Origin: an uncultured delta proteobacterium
GTDB lineage: Bacteria; Desulfobacterota; Binatia; UBA9968
DNA: 64,000 nt
Direction of reading: 5' to 3'
NCBI GenBank assembly: GCA_963847445.1
Contig: CAWJZV010000011.1
Coordinates: forward strand, 1 to 64,000
Both the position numbers and the translations under genes were made by a program. The notes under the pieces were generated by a model. The model worked only from the letters and a program-made list of their open reading frames with translations. It was not told the origin of the DNA and did not search any database. Positions within the stretch are counted from its first letter, which is position 1, and each line of letters begins with the position of its first letter. Below are positions 9,865-20,613 of the stretch, in pieces.

Positions 9865-9917
9865 GTCAAACTTGACTCGCCGAAACTTTTAAGCAATATT
9901 CCAGGTTCACTTCTTTT

Positions 9918-9990
<73 letters not shown>

Positions 9991-10347
9991 CATTTTTACC
10001 TCTTAAAATCCAACCCGTTACATCTTCGGCTCTAGTCGCGGAAGTTCGTTTTTACCGTCTCCATTGCGATTACTTTGCTAGAAGCCAAAACATTTATTGC
10101 GTTATCGTATTTTCGACCGAAATCGTTCTATGATAGATTCGTGGTGTGATGGCATCGGATAGAAGCGGTTGTGTCGTTTTTTATTTTGAGGGTAATGAGC
10201 TGCAGCATCGTGGAACTAAACGCTTCGCGCTGGAATCGTCAGAACTTCGGAACAAAAGCAAAACCCATGTTTCGCAAAAAGTCCTTTAACAACTGAGCGA
10301 TCTATCATGCATGTTGCGGCGCGCGACATGCCGAGGAGAAAAAACTA

Positions 10348-10809
10348 ATGAAAACTATAGAGCCATCGAGACCGGTCACATTCTCAGGGCGCATGATACG
10401 TGTCTTTCCCGTACTTTTGGCCATATTGTTCGTGGGGTGTGCCACCTCGCCGATCGCCATTAATCAGGCATCGCCGGTGCCGACCTCGCGAATCCTGGCG
10501 CCGCACTTGTTATCGGAAGCCCAGTACACGGGGAGCCTCGTCATCAAGCGTGACGGAGGTTTCATGGGTTCGGCTTGTGCCATTCGGGTATTCGTCGGGG
10601 CCGTGCCAGTTGCCGATCTCGCACCGTCGGAAAAGGTCGAGCTTTTCGTTCCCCTTGGCGAGCATGTTGTAGCCGCTACTTCGATCAGCAGCTTTTGTGG
10701 CGGAGGCGTTTCTGAAGCGGCGGTCATCATAAGGCCGGAGGTTCAAAAGATTTTGCGTATTGCCAGCGGTCAGAGCGGGGATATTCATCTTCAGCCAAGC
10801 GCCTTCTGA
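10348..10809 (+). CDS. Putative lipoprotein
   Basis: GAGGAG RBS; LFVGC lipobox; KRDGGFMGSAC motif. Confidence 0.7.
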   Translation: MKTIEPSRPVTFSGRMIRVFPVLLAILFVGCATSPIAINQASPVPTSRILAPHLLSEAQYTGSLVIKRDGGFMGSACAIRVFVGAVPVADLAPSEKVELFVPLGEHVVAATSISSFCGGGVSEAAVIIRPEVQKILRIASGQSGDIHLQPSAF

Positions 10810-10994
10810 TGACGTACTAGCCGAGGTATTCTTCACAGTAATTGCAACGCCACCGTTGATTGCGGTCACCAAGAACGCTGAGACGATGGTGCGGGCGCTT
10901 AATGACTGATGTAAGCTAACCGAGCTTGACTGTCATCTTGGACGCGAAATAACCCGCCGATCATTTAATAGTCATACGAACCCGAGGAGACTCC

Positions 10995-11438
10995 ATGGGT
11001 AAAGGGATATTTCTTGAACCAGGTCAGGGAACGATCTATTCCGCGAGGGGCAGCACGATGGCCTTCAAGGCGTTGTATGAGACTACGGGCGGTGCTTTCA
11101 GTTTCATGGAGCGGGAGCTGCCAGTAAGCAACCGGCGGCCCCAGCCTCACACGCATGAAGGACCAGAAGGCTTCTATGTCCTGGAAGGCTCCATCGAGTT
11201 TATCGTCGGAGGAGAAAGCAGAATAGGAGGTCCCGGCTTTTGGGCTCTGGCGCCAAGGAGCGTGTCGCACACGTTCGGCAACGCAGGTGACTCTCCCGCG
11301 AGACTACTAATCATTCACTCCCCAGCAGCAGATGCCTACTTCGCCGAGTTAGAAGCTCTCTGGAAGGATGCCACTCCGACCCCTGAGGAAGAACGGCAAC
11401 TGATGAAACGACACGGACTTGAACCTACCGAAACTTGA
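10995..11438 (+). CDS. Cupin domain protein (quercetin 2,3-dioxygenase-like)
   Basis: PHTHEGPEGFYVLEG and PRSVSHTF motifs; GAGGAG RBS. Confidence 0.85.
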   Translation: MGKGIFLEPGQGTIYSARGSTMAFKALYETTGGAFSFMERELPVSNRRPQPHTHEGPEGFYVLEGSIEFIVGGESRIGGPGFWALAPRSVSHTFGNAGDSPARLLIIHSPAADAYFAELEALWKDATPTPEEERQLMKRHGLEPTET

Positions 11439-11589
11439 TCTTCAGGTTGGGCGTAGAACTAGCCGTTGGAACAGACGGCGGCTGTGTAAACCGGAGAGCG
11501 GGAGTTGCTGCTAAAACCTTGCGACGACAGTTGGGTCGCAGATACGAAGCTGATCTTTGCTCCGACAGTTTAACAGCGATTCAAAACGA

Positions 11590-11904
11590 TTACCGCTTGC
11601 CAATGCGGCGCAAACCGGTGCGGTGCGCAGAGTAATGTGATTCCGGAGGTATCTCGTCGGCGGATTCCTCATCCGCGGCGATCAACCTCTGCGCATGGCG
11701 TTGCAGATTGCCCCAACTCAACAGATCCAGTCTGACTTTGCGCCGCAGCGCGCTTTCGTAGGTGAGCCCGTAGGCGCCGCAGTGACGCGAGCAGAGCCAG
11801 ATCGATTCGCGTCCAGGCCTAGTTACGTTTGTGCGAAAAAGGGTAGCGCCGCACACGCAAGGTTTGCTTTCGGCGCTCGGGAGAATGATCTTTAAGGCTT
11901 GCAT
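11590..11904 (-). CDS. Hypothetical small Cys-containing protein
   Basis: AGGAAAG upstream of ATG; CVC..CSRHC pattern. Confidence 0.35.
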   Translation of the reverse strand: MQALKIILPSAESKPCVCGATLFRTNVTRPGRESIWLCSRHCGAYGLTYESALRRKVRLDLLSWGNLQRHAQRLIAADEESADEIPPESHYSAHRTGLRRIGKR

Positions 11905-11985
11905 GATTGCACTTTCCTAGTGTTGGCGATTCCTCTGGTCTGGTCACAGCGTGTAAAGGTTGGAACTATTCTGGATTAAGTCTTG

Positions 11986-12238
11986 TTAGCTGCTTAACAC
12001 CGCCATGATCGGACCTTGGCCAGGATGCCATTGGCTGCAGTTGGGACAGCGCGCGAGCATGTTTTCGAGTTCCTTCAACTCCCGCTCGGTGGGATCGAGT
12101 ATCACCGCGAGCGGATGGTTACAGCGCGTCGCGACCGGCGGCCGGCGATCGTCGATCGAATTACGCTTGAAGAGTTTCATGTTCGGCTGCGCGGCTATCC
12201 ATTTGGCTCACAGTATCTTGCCAGGCTGACGTCGCCAT
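11986..12238 (-). CDS. Hypothetical small protein (C..H / CPNC), probable 1-nt frameshift
   Basis: ATG 12238 after GAAGG; removing one A near 12203 joins MATSAWQDTVSQW to MKLFKR..RCPNC. Confidence 0.3.
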
Positions 12239-13292
12239 GATCACGCCTTCGCTAGTGAACAGGCAGCGTGCAACCGAAGTTCCAAGGTGCTCGGTTGCTG
12301 GTACTGCAGGGCGTCGCGAAAGACTTTCCACGGGATCACTGGGAAATCCATTTGTCTCCTTTTTGTTTAGTGCGACTTCCGTTGATGGGATTCGAGATGG
12401 GCCATGAGAAACGTCAACGAATAAATTCTTGTGCCGCATTGTTTGCAGAACGTGGCACGCTGCTTGGTCTTGTGCACGGGAACTTTTCTAAACATGGTTG
12501 CGAGTAAGAGTTTCATCGGATGGTACTTCGTTTGCGCTGACATGCCGACGATAGAGCAACCATGGTGCCAGACTCTCGAAACCTCGTCGGACGGACTAAA
12601 TCCTCACGAATCTCGTCATTTACGGCTGGCTGCCCTGACTATGACGGAATCAAAGTCAGCGGAAAGCTTTCAGAATTGTCCAACTTCGAGCCAAGATTGT
12701 ACGGGAAACTGGTGGCAACCTGCGGTAACGATCGAAAACTGCCAAGAATTACTTTCATGGAACGGTGACCAAGGTGGCAGATTTTCATGGGCCGGACACC
12801 CGCCCGGCCGATAATTGGAATCCCTTCGAAATATTGAGGTTGGTGCCCTTGGCGGATTGATGCCAATGGCGTCAATGACTGACCCGTGAAATTCGCATCG
12901 GGCGGGTTTGTGGTATTCGGATAACGCCGGTTGCTGTAGAATAACCGGAAACCAACCAAACAGAGGCACTATATGGATCTTCTATCACGGTACTTCGAAT
13001 TGTTTTCGCGCCATGCTCTTGAACCGTCGCTCGCGTGGGTTATCAATCATCCGATTGTTTCCCTCGTCGTTGTCTTTGTTGCGGTCTGGGTGTCCGTGCG
13101 CAATTATCGGATGCTTTAAGCGATTGGTCATCGGGCTGGCGATTAGTCGGAGCAAGAACCGACCGCTCAGCCCGCATCTGGTCTCGGCTCATAGTCTCTT
13201 CGCGATGGCGCCCTTCCATAGTTCCATTCCATAGTTGCAATTGTTCAGGTCGGGGAATAGGATTTCGCTCACTTCACGGAGGAGTTTGAGCT

Positions 13293-14160
13293 ATGCCCCT
13301 AGTTTCCGCCTTAGCGGCGAGCCATGCGCCGAATATTCTTCTCGAGCCGGGACAAGAGTGGGAAGATTTTATGGACTTGCACTACAGCATGGCGCCGCAG
13401 GCCTCGGCCAATCGGCCGACCCTGGAGCAGCAGAAGAAGCTGCGGCAAGACGCGGAGGTGGCATTTTCTACGCTGCGCGCCGATCTGGAGCAGGCCAAAC
13501 CGGATGTGCTGATCGTCGTTGCCAACGATCAATTCGTCAATTTTTTTTGGAACAATATCCCGACTTTTTTTGTCACCATCGCCGAGCGCGTGCAGGGGCA
13601 GTTCACCCGGCATAGGTTCGATTATCAAAATCACCAGGAACTGGGCAAAGCGATCATTCGCGCCGGCATGGAGAAGGGCATCGATTTTTCCTACGGCGAG
13701 CATGTCGAGTTGCAACATACGCAGAATGTCCCGCTCCATTTTCTCCTGCCGCAACCGACGATTCCCATCCTACCGATCTACGTGAACACCTGGGTCGACC
13801 CGGCGCCATCGCCGCGGCGCTGTTATCAGGTCGGCGAGTTGATCCGTGAAGTTGCGCATAACGCTAAAGAGCGCGTGGCGATCCTCGCCACCGGCGGTCT
13901 GTCCCATTTCCCCGGCTCGCCGCGCATCGGCGAGATCGACGAGAGTTTCGATCATCAAGCTGCTCGAAGTCATGCGCCAGGGGAAAGGCCGCAGTTTGGT
14001 TGACTATTCAGTGCAAGATCTCTTGCAGGCGGGCGATACCGAGTTTCTCAACTGGATGGTGGTGATCGGCGCGGTGGGCGACGCCAAGGCGAGCTTTACC
14101 GCTTACATGCCGGACTTCGTCGCCACCGGTTGGGGCTTTGTCAGCTGGAAGCTAGTTTAG
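13293..14160 (+). CDS. Class III extradiol dioxygenase, LigB/beta subunit (frameshift near 13955)
   Basis: ASHAP, PDVLIVVANDQF, ATGGLSHFPG and GDTEFLNW motifs. Confidence 0.85.
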
Positions 14161-14187
14161 CCGAGAGCCTAGCGTCAGGGAGGGTTT

Positions 14188-14433
14188 GTGAGCTGTTATG
14201 ATTTGAGTCGTTTGTTGTTCGATCTCAAGATGAACGAAGCGATCTACCAGCGGGCGTCATCCGACTTCGAAAGCGTCATGGCCGGTTATGAGCTATCGAG
14301 CGAGGAAAAAGACGCGCTGCGCGCCGGCGATCCGCGCAAGCTGCGCCAGCTGGGCGTGCACGGCATGCTCTGTCTCTACATCAAGCGGCTCAATCCACAG
14401 TTTCGCGACAATATTTATTGGGCGCAAAAGTGA
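14188..14433 (+). CDS. LigA-like small (alpha) subunit
   Basis: 81 aa with YELSSEEKDAL..GDPRKL..LGVH, adjacent to the LigB gene. Confidence 0.75.
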   Translation: MSCYDLSRLLFDLKMNEAIYQRASSDFESVMAGYELSSEEKDALRAGDPRKLRQLGVHGMLCLYIKRLNPQFRDNIYWAQK

Positions 14434-14438
14434 GACTA

Positions 14439-14612
14439 GTGGTCAGAGATCAGAAGTCGGCGGTCGGAAATGGCGGTTAGGAGTCGGCGCTTAAGGTGAG
14501 ATTGTGGCAGAATGCTCGGCAGCATGATTAAGAATCCCAGCCCGTTTCTTAAATGTGCACTTCTAGTCTCTGATTACTTTGCCGACTTCGAACTGCCGAC
14601 CGCCGACCTCCA
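14439..14612. repeat. Inverted arrays of 7-bp units (GTCAGA/GTCGG .. CCGAC)
   Basis: ggtcagagatcagaagtcggcggtcgg .. ccgacttcgaactgccgaccgccgacc. Confidence 0.55.
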
Positions 14613-14626
14613 GGTCTTCAACCTTT

Positions 14627-14655
14627 TTGACCGACTCCATTAGGTTTGTTAGTAT
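14627..14655 (+). promoter_or_regulatory. Putative sigma70 promoter of the SDR operon
   Basis: TTGACC-17 nt-TAGTAT with TG extended -10. Confidence 0.55.
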
Positions 14656-14692
14656 CCGGCACATTCAAAAATTACCAGGGGGAAAAGCAAGC

Positions 14693-15484
14693 ATGGATCT
14701 CGGACTCAAAGGTAAAGTGGCCTTGGTCGCCGGCGCGAGCCAGGGCATGGGCAAGGCGGCGGCGGTGGGCTTCGCGCGCGAAGGCGCCAAGGTGGCGATC
14801 TGCGCCCGCGGCCAAGCGGCGTTGAACGAAACCGCGGAACAAATTCGTAAACAGACCGGCGGCGACGTCTTGGCAATCGTCGCGGATATGAGCAAGCCGG
14901 AGGATATCAAGAAATTCGTCGACGATGCGGCGAAACATTTTGGCCGGGTCGATGTGGTGGTCAACAACGCCGGCGGTCCGCCTCCCGGCGAGTTCATGAA
15001 GTTTACCGACGAGGACTGGCAGAATGCTTTCAATCTCAGTTTCATGAGCACCATGCGCATGACCCGCGAAGCGGTGCCGCATCTGCGCAAAGTCGGCGGC
15101 GGCAAAGTGATCAACATTACTTCTTACTCGGTCAAAGAACCGATCGCAGGGTTGGTGCTGTCCAATGCGGTGCGCAGCGCGGTGATTGGCTGGGCCAAGA
15201 CGCTGTCACGGGAACTAGCCCGCGACAATATTCTGTTCAATAACGTTTGCCCCGGCCGCATCGATACCGATCGCGCGCAGAAGCTGAACAAGGCGCGCGC
15301 CGACCGCCTGGGCCGTCCGGTAGAGGAGATCAACAAGGAGATGGCGGCGGAAGTGCCGTTGGGACGTTACGGCACGGCGGAGGAAGCCGGCGATCTGATC
15401 GTGTTTCTCGGATCTGACCGTGCCAGCTACATCACCGGCACGACCATCGCCATCGATGGCGGCCTCGTGCGCGCGACTCAGTAG
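14693..15484 (+). CDS. SDR family oxidoreductase
   Basis: GASQGMG, VNNAGGP, CPGRIDT and YITG..DGG motifs. Confidence 0.9.
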   Translation: MDLGLKGKVALVAGASQGMGKAAAVGFAREGAKVAICARGQAALNETAEQIRKQTGGDVLAIVADMSKPEDIKKFVDDAAKHFGRVDVVVNNAGGPPPGEFMKFTDEDWQNAFNLSFMSTMRMTREAVPHLRKVGGGKVINITSYSVKEPIAGLVLSNAVRSAVIGWAKTLSRELARDNILFNNVCPGRIDTDRAQKLNKARADRLGRPVEEINKEMAAEVPLGRYGTAEEAGDLIVFLGSDRASYITGTTIAIDGGLVRATQ

Positions 15485-15490
15485 GAGGAC

Positions 15491-15820
15491 ATGACCATGG
15501 TGCATTTCGTGATTCAGTGGGATCTGCCCGATCAGAAGGCCAACCTGACGGTTTACGCCAACAAGGCGAAGAACGATTGGTTGCCGATCACCCTGGGCCA
15601 CAAGGGCGTGATCGAAGTGCGTAACTACCGCAACCCGCTGGAAGTGACGCCCCATGTGGCGATCACCATCGATTTCGAAACGCTGGATAATTGGCGCGAT
15701 TTCATCGATTCGGCGGATTATATCCGGATCATGCGCGAGCTGCGCGTGTTGGGTTGCCGAAATTTCACCGTCAACATTTGGGCGCCGTCAAAATATTTTC
15801 CCGAGTCGATGAAACCGTAG
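15491..15820 (+). CDS. Hypothetical dimeric alpha-beta barrel-like protein
   Basis: AGGAGG RBS immediately after the SDR stop; 109 aa. Confidence 0.65.
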   Translation: MTMVHFVIQWDLPDQKANLTVYANKAKNDWLPITLGHKGVIEVRNYRNPLEVTPHVAITIDFETLDNWRDFIDSADYIRIMRELRVLGCRNFTVNIWAPSKYFPESMKP

Positions 15821-15832
15821 GAAGAAAACTAC

Positions 15833-15990
15833 CGTTCAAATCGTTCAAGCCGTTCAAACGCTGCGCTCCGTTCAAAACGTCGAACGGACTCGCTGCTTTA
15901 CAGTTTTAGTACCGTAGGTCGGGTTAGCGCCGCGTACGCGACAGCTCCGAATCGAACATCTGTTGGGTTACGCTTCGCTAACCCAACTTA
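15833..15990. repeat. CGTTCAA 9-bp array plus GTAG REP-like pair
   Basis: cgttcaaatcgttcaagccgttcaaac; gtaggtcgggttagcg..cgctaacccaactta between convergent genes. Confidence 0.7.
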
Positions 15991-16011
15991 GGACCTACGA
16001 AGATGCTAGGT

Positions 16012-17244
16012 TTACGCGTTTTGATACGGCCAGATTTGGTTTACCCGCAGGATATGAATGCCATGGGTCTTATCGCTTAGATAAATGAAGCCGCGGCGGT
16101 CGACCAGAACGTCTTCGGACTGGGCGACCAGTCGGCTCGGCTTGGTGCCGATTCTTACCGTTGGATCGGCTGGGACGAAATAGCCGAGTTCCTTGGGTTG
16201 GCGCGCGTCGCGGATGTCGTAGACCCGCAATCCGGCGTTGAAGTAGGTCAGGTAGGCGACGTCGTCGCGGTCTTCGAGGCAGGCTTGGTGGTTCGGGTGA
16301 TGATGGTTGTGCGGGCCGAAGCGGCCGGCTTTCTCGTAGAAATTCTTCAGTTCACTCTCCGGTGGCGGTTCTGGCAGGGGAAAGAGCGACAGCATGCGCG
16401 GCCGCTTTTCGTCGCTGATGTCGACAATGCCGGCGAGATTCAAATTCTCGTCGCCGTTCTCCCTAATCGCCTCGTCATTGATCAAAGCCAGCTTGCGCCG
16501 CGGCAGCGGCAGGTAGGTATGAATGCCCTGAGTCGCGGTGATGCCGCGGAATGCCAACTGGCTCACCAACTTCGGCTGTGCGAGATCGCCGACGTCGAGG
16601 ATGATGCCGCCGCCGTCGCCGTAGGAAAGATAAGCGCGCTCGCCTTCGATATGGGCCGGGCCGTGAAAGGAAAATTTCAACCCCTTGGCATCGGCGCCAG
16701 CCTCCTGTTCCGGTAACGAGAAGCGGCCGACCTCGCGTGGATTACTCGGATCACCGATGTCGATGCTGCGATAAATTTTTCCTGTCAGTCCCGGCGCGCC
16801 GGCAGCGGCGTGAACTATGTTGCCGCCGGCGTAGAAGTTGCGGTGCGTGCCGGTGCTGCCGGTTTTCCAGTGGCCAATCTGCTTGGGCTGGGTCGGCTCG
16901 CTCACATCGAAAATAAAAAACCCTTCCGCCGATGGCTGGCCGTCAACGCCGCCCCAGCCCGGCGCGATGCGTTCGAGGCCGGCGATCATTTTACCGTCGG
17001 CGACCTGGATCTGAATGGTCCAGGTATTTTCCGGCCCTGGAACGTAAGCGCAATATTGCGGCGCCGCCGGATCGGTGACATCGAGTATGCTCCAGCCGCG
17101 ATGCCAAAGGTGGGCGACGTAGAGATACCAGCGGCGATTGTTTTCCTGCATCGCCAACTTGAAGGCCGGCTTGCCGTTCAAATCATGGTAGCCGACGGCG
17201 TCAATATTTTTCGCGAAGTAGCCTTTGGGAACCGCTTGCGCCAT
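16012..17244 (-). CDS. LVIVD-repeat beta-propeller protein
   Basis: Repeated ILDVTDP / IFDVSEP / IVDISD / VYDIRD units; FGPHN; YFNAGLR. Confidence 0.85.
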   Translation of the reverse strand: MAQAVPKGYFAKNIDAVGYHDLNGKPAFKLAMQENNRRWYLYVAHLWHRGWSILDVTDPAAPQYCAYVPGPENTWTIQIQVADGKMIAGLERIAPGWGGVDGQPSAEGFFIFDVSEPTQPKQIGHWKTGSTGTHRNFYAGGNIVHAAAGAPGLTGKIYRSIDIGDPSNPREVGRFSLPEQEAGADAKGLKFSFHGPAHIEGERAYLSYGDGGGIILDVGDLAQPKLVSQLAFRGITATQGIHTYLPLPRRKLALINDEAIRENGDENLNLAGIVDISDEKRPRMLSLFPLPEPPPESELKNFYEKAGRFGPHNHHHPNHQACLEDRDDVAYLTYFNAGLRVYDIRDARQPKELGYFVPADPTVRIGTKPSRLVAQSEDVLVDRRGFIYLSDKTHGIHILRVNQIWPYQNA

Positions 17245-17246
17245 GG

Positions 17247-17903
17247 TTATCGCCTCACGCCGACGCCCAACTGCGGGCAGTATTTTTTCACCGGGCAGTT
17301 GCTGCACATCGGCGAGATCGGCCGGCACAGATGCTGGCCGAAGTTCACCAGCAAGTTGTTGTACTCGATCCAGTATTGCTTCGGCAGTTTGGCGCGCAGG
17401 GCAAACTCGGTTTTCTCCGGTGTGGCGGTTTTGATATAGCCCCAGCGATTGGAAATCCGGTGCACATGGGTGTCGACGCAGATGCCGGGCTTGTGGTAGC
17501 CCAAGGTGACGACCAGGTTGGCGGTCTTGCGCCCGACGCCCTTGAATTGGAGCAGTTCATCGATTTCATCGGGCACTTTGCCGCTGTGATGGTCGATGAT
17601 CGTCTGGCACATTTCGCGAATTTGCCGCGCCTTGGTTTTATAGAAGCCCACCGGGTAGATCAGCTTTTCGATTTTCTTCGCTGTCAGTTTGACCATCGCT
17701 TGAGGTGAATCGGCGACGGCGAACAAACGGTGAGAGGCTTTCGCCGTGGTCGCGTCTTGGGTACGCAAACTCAAAATGCACGAGATCAATACGCGAAACG
17801 GGCTTTGGTAGGTCTCCGCCATGAGGGTTACGACGGGGGTTTCCCATTTGGGCACTTCACGGCGCAGGATGCGCACGGCCGCATGAATTTCGCGTTCGGT
17901 CAC
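17247..17903 (-). CDS. nth: Endonuclease III
   Basis: HhH GVGRKTANLV; VDTHVHR; CRPISPMCSNCPVKKYC Fe-S motif. Confidence 0.93.
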   Translation of the reverse strand: MTEREIHAAVRILRREVPKWETPVVTLMAETYQSPFRVLISCILSLRTQDATTAKASHRLFAVADSPQAMVKLTAKKIEKLIYPVGFYKTKARQIREMCQTIIDHHSGKVPDEIDELLQFKGVGRKTANLVVTLGYHKPGICVDTHVHRISNRWGYIKTATPEKTEFALRAKLPKQYWIEYNNLLVNFGQHLCRPISPMCSNCPVKKYCPQLGVGVRR

Positions 17904-17984
17904 GGGCTAGTGTTTTGCCTTTCGATTGGCTAAATTGCCACGGTATCTATCACAGATCGCGCGCCCGGCAAAAGTTATTCACCC

Positions 17985-18560
17985 ATGGTTACTGACAAAG
18001 TTTTTTCCGCTTTAATATCGCGCACGCCGGAGATCGTCACGGGTAACGGCCTCAAGCCGGCGGCGGTGTTGATCGCGATCCAGGAGCGCGCCGACGGCGA
18101 CTACATCGTGCTGACCAAGCGCGGCGACAACATGCCGACGCACAAAGGACAGATCGCCTTTCCCGGCGGGCGGGTGCATGCGGGGGACGCCGATCTGGTT
18201 GCCACCGCGTTGCGCGAAAGCCATGAAGAGATCGGCGTCGTGCCGGAACATGTACGGGTGCTCGGCCGGCTGGACGAATTCACCGCGGGATACGGCATCG
18301 TCGTGACCCCGGTGGTCGGCGTGATTCCGCCGCAATACGATTTTCTCCTCGATCTGGCGGAGACCAGCGCGGTCGCCTCGGTGCCGATTCGCTCGCTGAT
18401 GGAACCCGGCACTTATGTGAAGAATGCCCATCTCTCGCCCGGCGGCCATCCGAGTTATCACTTCTATGTCAACAATGGCTGGGATATTTGGGGCGTCACC
18501 GCGCGCATCCTGGTGCAGTTTCTCGAGCTCGCTTATGATTTTGAGTCTGAAAAGAAATAG
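17985..18560 (+). CDS. Nudix CoA pyrophosphatase (NudL-like)
   Basis: HKGQIAFPGG..ALRESHEEIG; IWGVTA. Confidence 0.9.
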   Translation: MVTDKVFSALISRTPEIVTGNGLKPAAVLIAIQERADGDYIVLTKRGDNMPTHKGQIAFPGGRVHAGDADLVATALRESHEEIGVVPEHVRVLGRLDEFTAGYGIVVTPVVGVIPPQYDFLLDLAETSAVASVPIRSLMEPGTYVKNAHLSPGGHPSYHFYVNNGWDIWGVTARILVQFLELAYDFESEKK

Positions 18561-19002
18561 TCTGGCGCTGCTGCTCGCCGCCGGTTTGGGACTTTGGTCC
18601 GCCTGTGTTTCCGGGCCGCATTTTTATTTGCAATATGGCGATGAGTACCGCGAGCTCGATCTGGAAAAAATCCTCGCCGACAATCCGCTGGCGCCAGGGG
18701 AGAATATCAAAGTCGCCAATCTCGGCCGCTCGGCGAGCGCCAGCCAGCATATCGTGCAGATCCGCGACCGCGAGATCTTGCATGTGCACAAACTTCATGA
18801 CGGCACGGTGACCATGCTGCGCGGCCAAGGCTATCTAGTGTTGGCCGACAAACGTATCAATCTTAAGGTCGGCGATGTAATTCACATCCCGCGCGGCGTC
18901 GCCCATCAGTATGTCAACGGCGCGAGCGAAGCGACGGTGGTGTTGGCGGTATACGCGCCGGCCTTCGACGGCAAGGACACCCATCCGGTCGCCGTTCCCT
19001 AG
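18535..19002 (+). CDS. Cupin domain lipoprotein
   Basis: Signal peptide ending WSAC; HVHKLHD and IPRGVAH motifs. Confidence 0.75.
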   Translation: MILSLKRNSLALLLAAGLGLWSACVSGPHFYLQYGDEYRELDLEKILADNPLAPGENIKVANLGRSASASQHIVQIRDREILHVHKLHDGTVTMLRGQGYLVLADKRINLKVGDVIHIPRGVAHQYVNGASEATVVLAVYAPAFDGKDTHPVAVP

Positions 19003-19029
19003 ACTCCATAACGAGCGCAATCCGATTCC

Positions 19030-20544
19030 GTGAAATTACCTAACTTCCTGCTGCCGATGCTCGCCGCGGCGTTGCTTGCCGCGCCGTTTCTCGAACCGTG
19101 GTTTTTCCCATTGGCTTGGTTTGCCTTCGTGCCGCTGTTTTGGGCCATCGATCGCGCCAAAACTCTGCGACATGCGGTCTTGTACGGTTGGTTGATGGGG
19201 CTGGTGGCCCACTTGATCGGCTTCCATTGGCTCACCTATACGATCAGTGTATTCGGCGGCTTGCCGTTCGCCGTCAGCTGCGTGGTTTTCGTGCTCTATG
19301 CCGCGCTGCAGGGGATTCAGATGGCGCTCTTTGCCCTGCTCGTGCGCAGCATCGGTTTCGGCCCGTTGCTGATCTTTCCGGCGCTGTTTTGGGTGCCCCT
19401 CGAATTTCTCTTTCCGCTTTTGTTCCCCTGGTATATCGCCAACTCCCAGGTGGCGTTTCTCTGGATGATCCAAACCGCCGACCTGGTCGGCCCCTACGGT
19501 ACTGGTTTCATCGTCATGTGGTTTAGCGCAGCGCTCTATCACGCGCTGTTCACGAGCGCGGAACCGAGAAAGAAAATCCTGCCATTGGCTTACGCTAGTT
19601 TAGCGATCGTCGTTGCCGTGGTTTATGGCTTCCAGCGTTTGCAGAGCGTCGGCGACGAAATGGCCGGCGCGCGCAAATTATCAGTCGGCGTGGTCCAGGG
19701 AAATGTCGACATCGATATGAAATGGAATCCAGTGCTGGCGCAAAAAAACCTCGACCAGCACCGCCAGCTCACCAACGATCTCGCCGCCGTGCCGCTGGTG
19801 GTTTGGCCGGAGTCGGCGATCGAGGCGATCATTCCGGAGAGGGTGCAAGCGCTGCCGTTGGACGTGATGCCGGCTTTCAAGTCGGACCGCGCCTACTTCA
19901 TCTTCGGCGCGAAAAGTTTTCGCGGCAATCCCGGGCGGACCGACGGCAAAGCCTTTAACACGGCTTTTTTTACCGACAGTAAGGGGCGGATTCTCGCCCG
20001 CTATCATAAACAAGTATTACTCGCCTTCGGCGAGTATCTGCCCTTCGCAAAATTGTTGTCGTGGATTCCGGCGTTGCCCATGGCCGATGGTTTTACGCCA
20101 GGACCGGGCCCGGTGGTGTTTCATTTGCCGCGCGCGGTGCGGGTGGCGCCGCTCATCTGTTACGAAGATCTGCTGCCCGACGTGGTGCGCAAGTTCGTCA
20201 GTGAAACCCGCGCCAATATTCTGATCAATCTCACCAACGACGCATGGTACGGCAAATCGGTGGGACCTTGGCAGCACCTGCGTCTGGCGCAATCGCGCGC
20301 CATCGAAACCCGGCGCAGCTTGCTGCGCGTCACCAACACCGGGGTTACTTCGTTGGTCAATGCCAAGGGCGAATTGGTCAAAACCTTGCCGATGTTTACC
20401 GCGGCGGTCATGCACACCGAAGTGGATATTTTGGATGAAACGACTTACTACGTTCGTTTCGGCGACTGGTTCGCCTGGGCGATGACGATCGCGACGCTGG
20501 TCTTGATTCTGCTGCAGGTGAAGCGTAGCTGGCTCAGAAAATAA
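19030..20544 (+). CDS. lnt: Apolipoprotein N-acyltransferase
   Basis: VQGN, WPES, K..L..FGEY, ICYE, TNDAWY and TNTGVT motifs. Confidence 0.95.
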   Translation: MKLPNFLLPMLAAALLAAPFLEPWFFPLAWFAFVPLFWAIDRAKTLRHAVLYGWLMGLVAHLIGFHWLTYTISVFGGLPFAVSCVVFVLYAALQGIQMALFALLVRSIGFGPLLIFPALFWVPLEFLFPLLFPWYIANSQVAFLWMIQTADLVGPYGTGFIVMWFSAALYHALFTSAEPRKKILPLAYASLAIVVAVVYGFQRLQSVGDEMAGARKLSVGVVQGNVDIDMKWNPVLAQKNLDQHRQLTNDLAAVPLVVWPESAIEAIIPERVQALPLDVMPAFKSDRAYFIFGAKSFRGNPGRTDGKAFNTAFFTDSKGRILARYHKQVLLAFGEYLPFAKLLSWIPALPMADGFTPGPGPVVFHLPRAVRVAPLICYEDLLPDVVRKFVSETRANILINLTNDAWYGKSVGPWQHLRLAQSRAIETRRSLLRVTNTGVTSLVNAKGELVKTLPMFTAAVMHTEVDILDETTYYVRFGDWFAWAMTIATLVLILLQVKRSWLRK

Positions 20545-20613
20545 TCGGTTTGATGTTACGGTCGGTGGTTACTTCCGTCGGTGTTGTTAGCACCACACAT
20601 GCAAGATTATGTT

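Noticed and set aside
12268-13289. Overlapping 65-127 aa ORFs
   Set aside because: No recognisable motifs or consistent frame, so no call can be supported.
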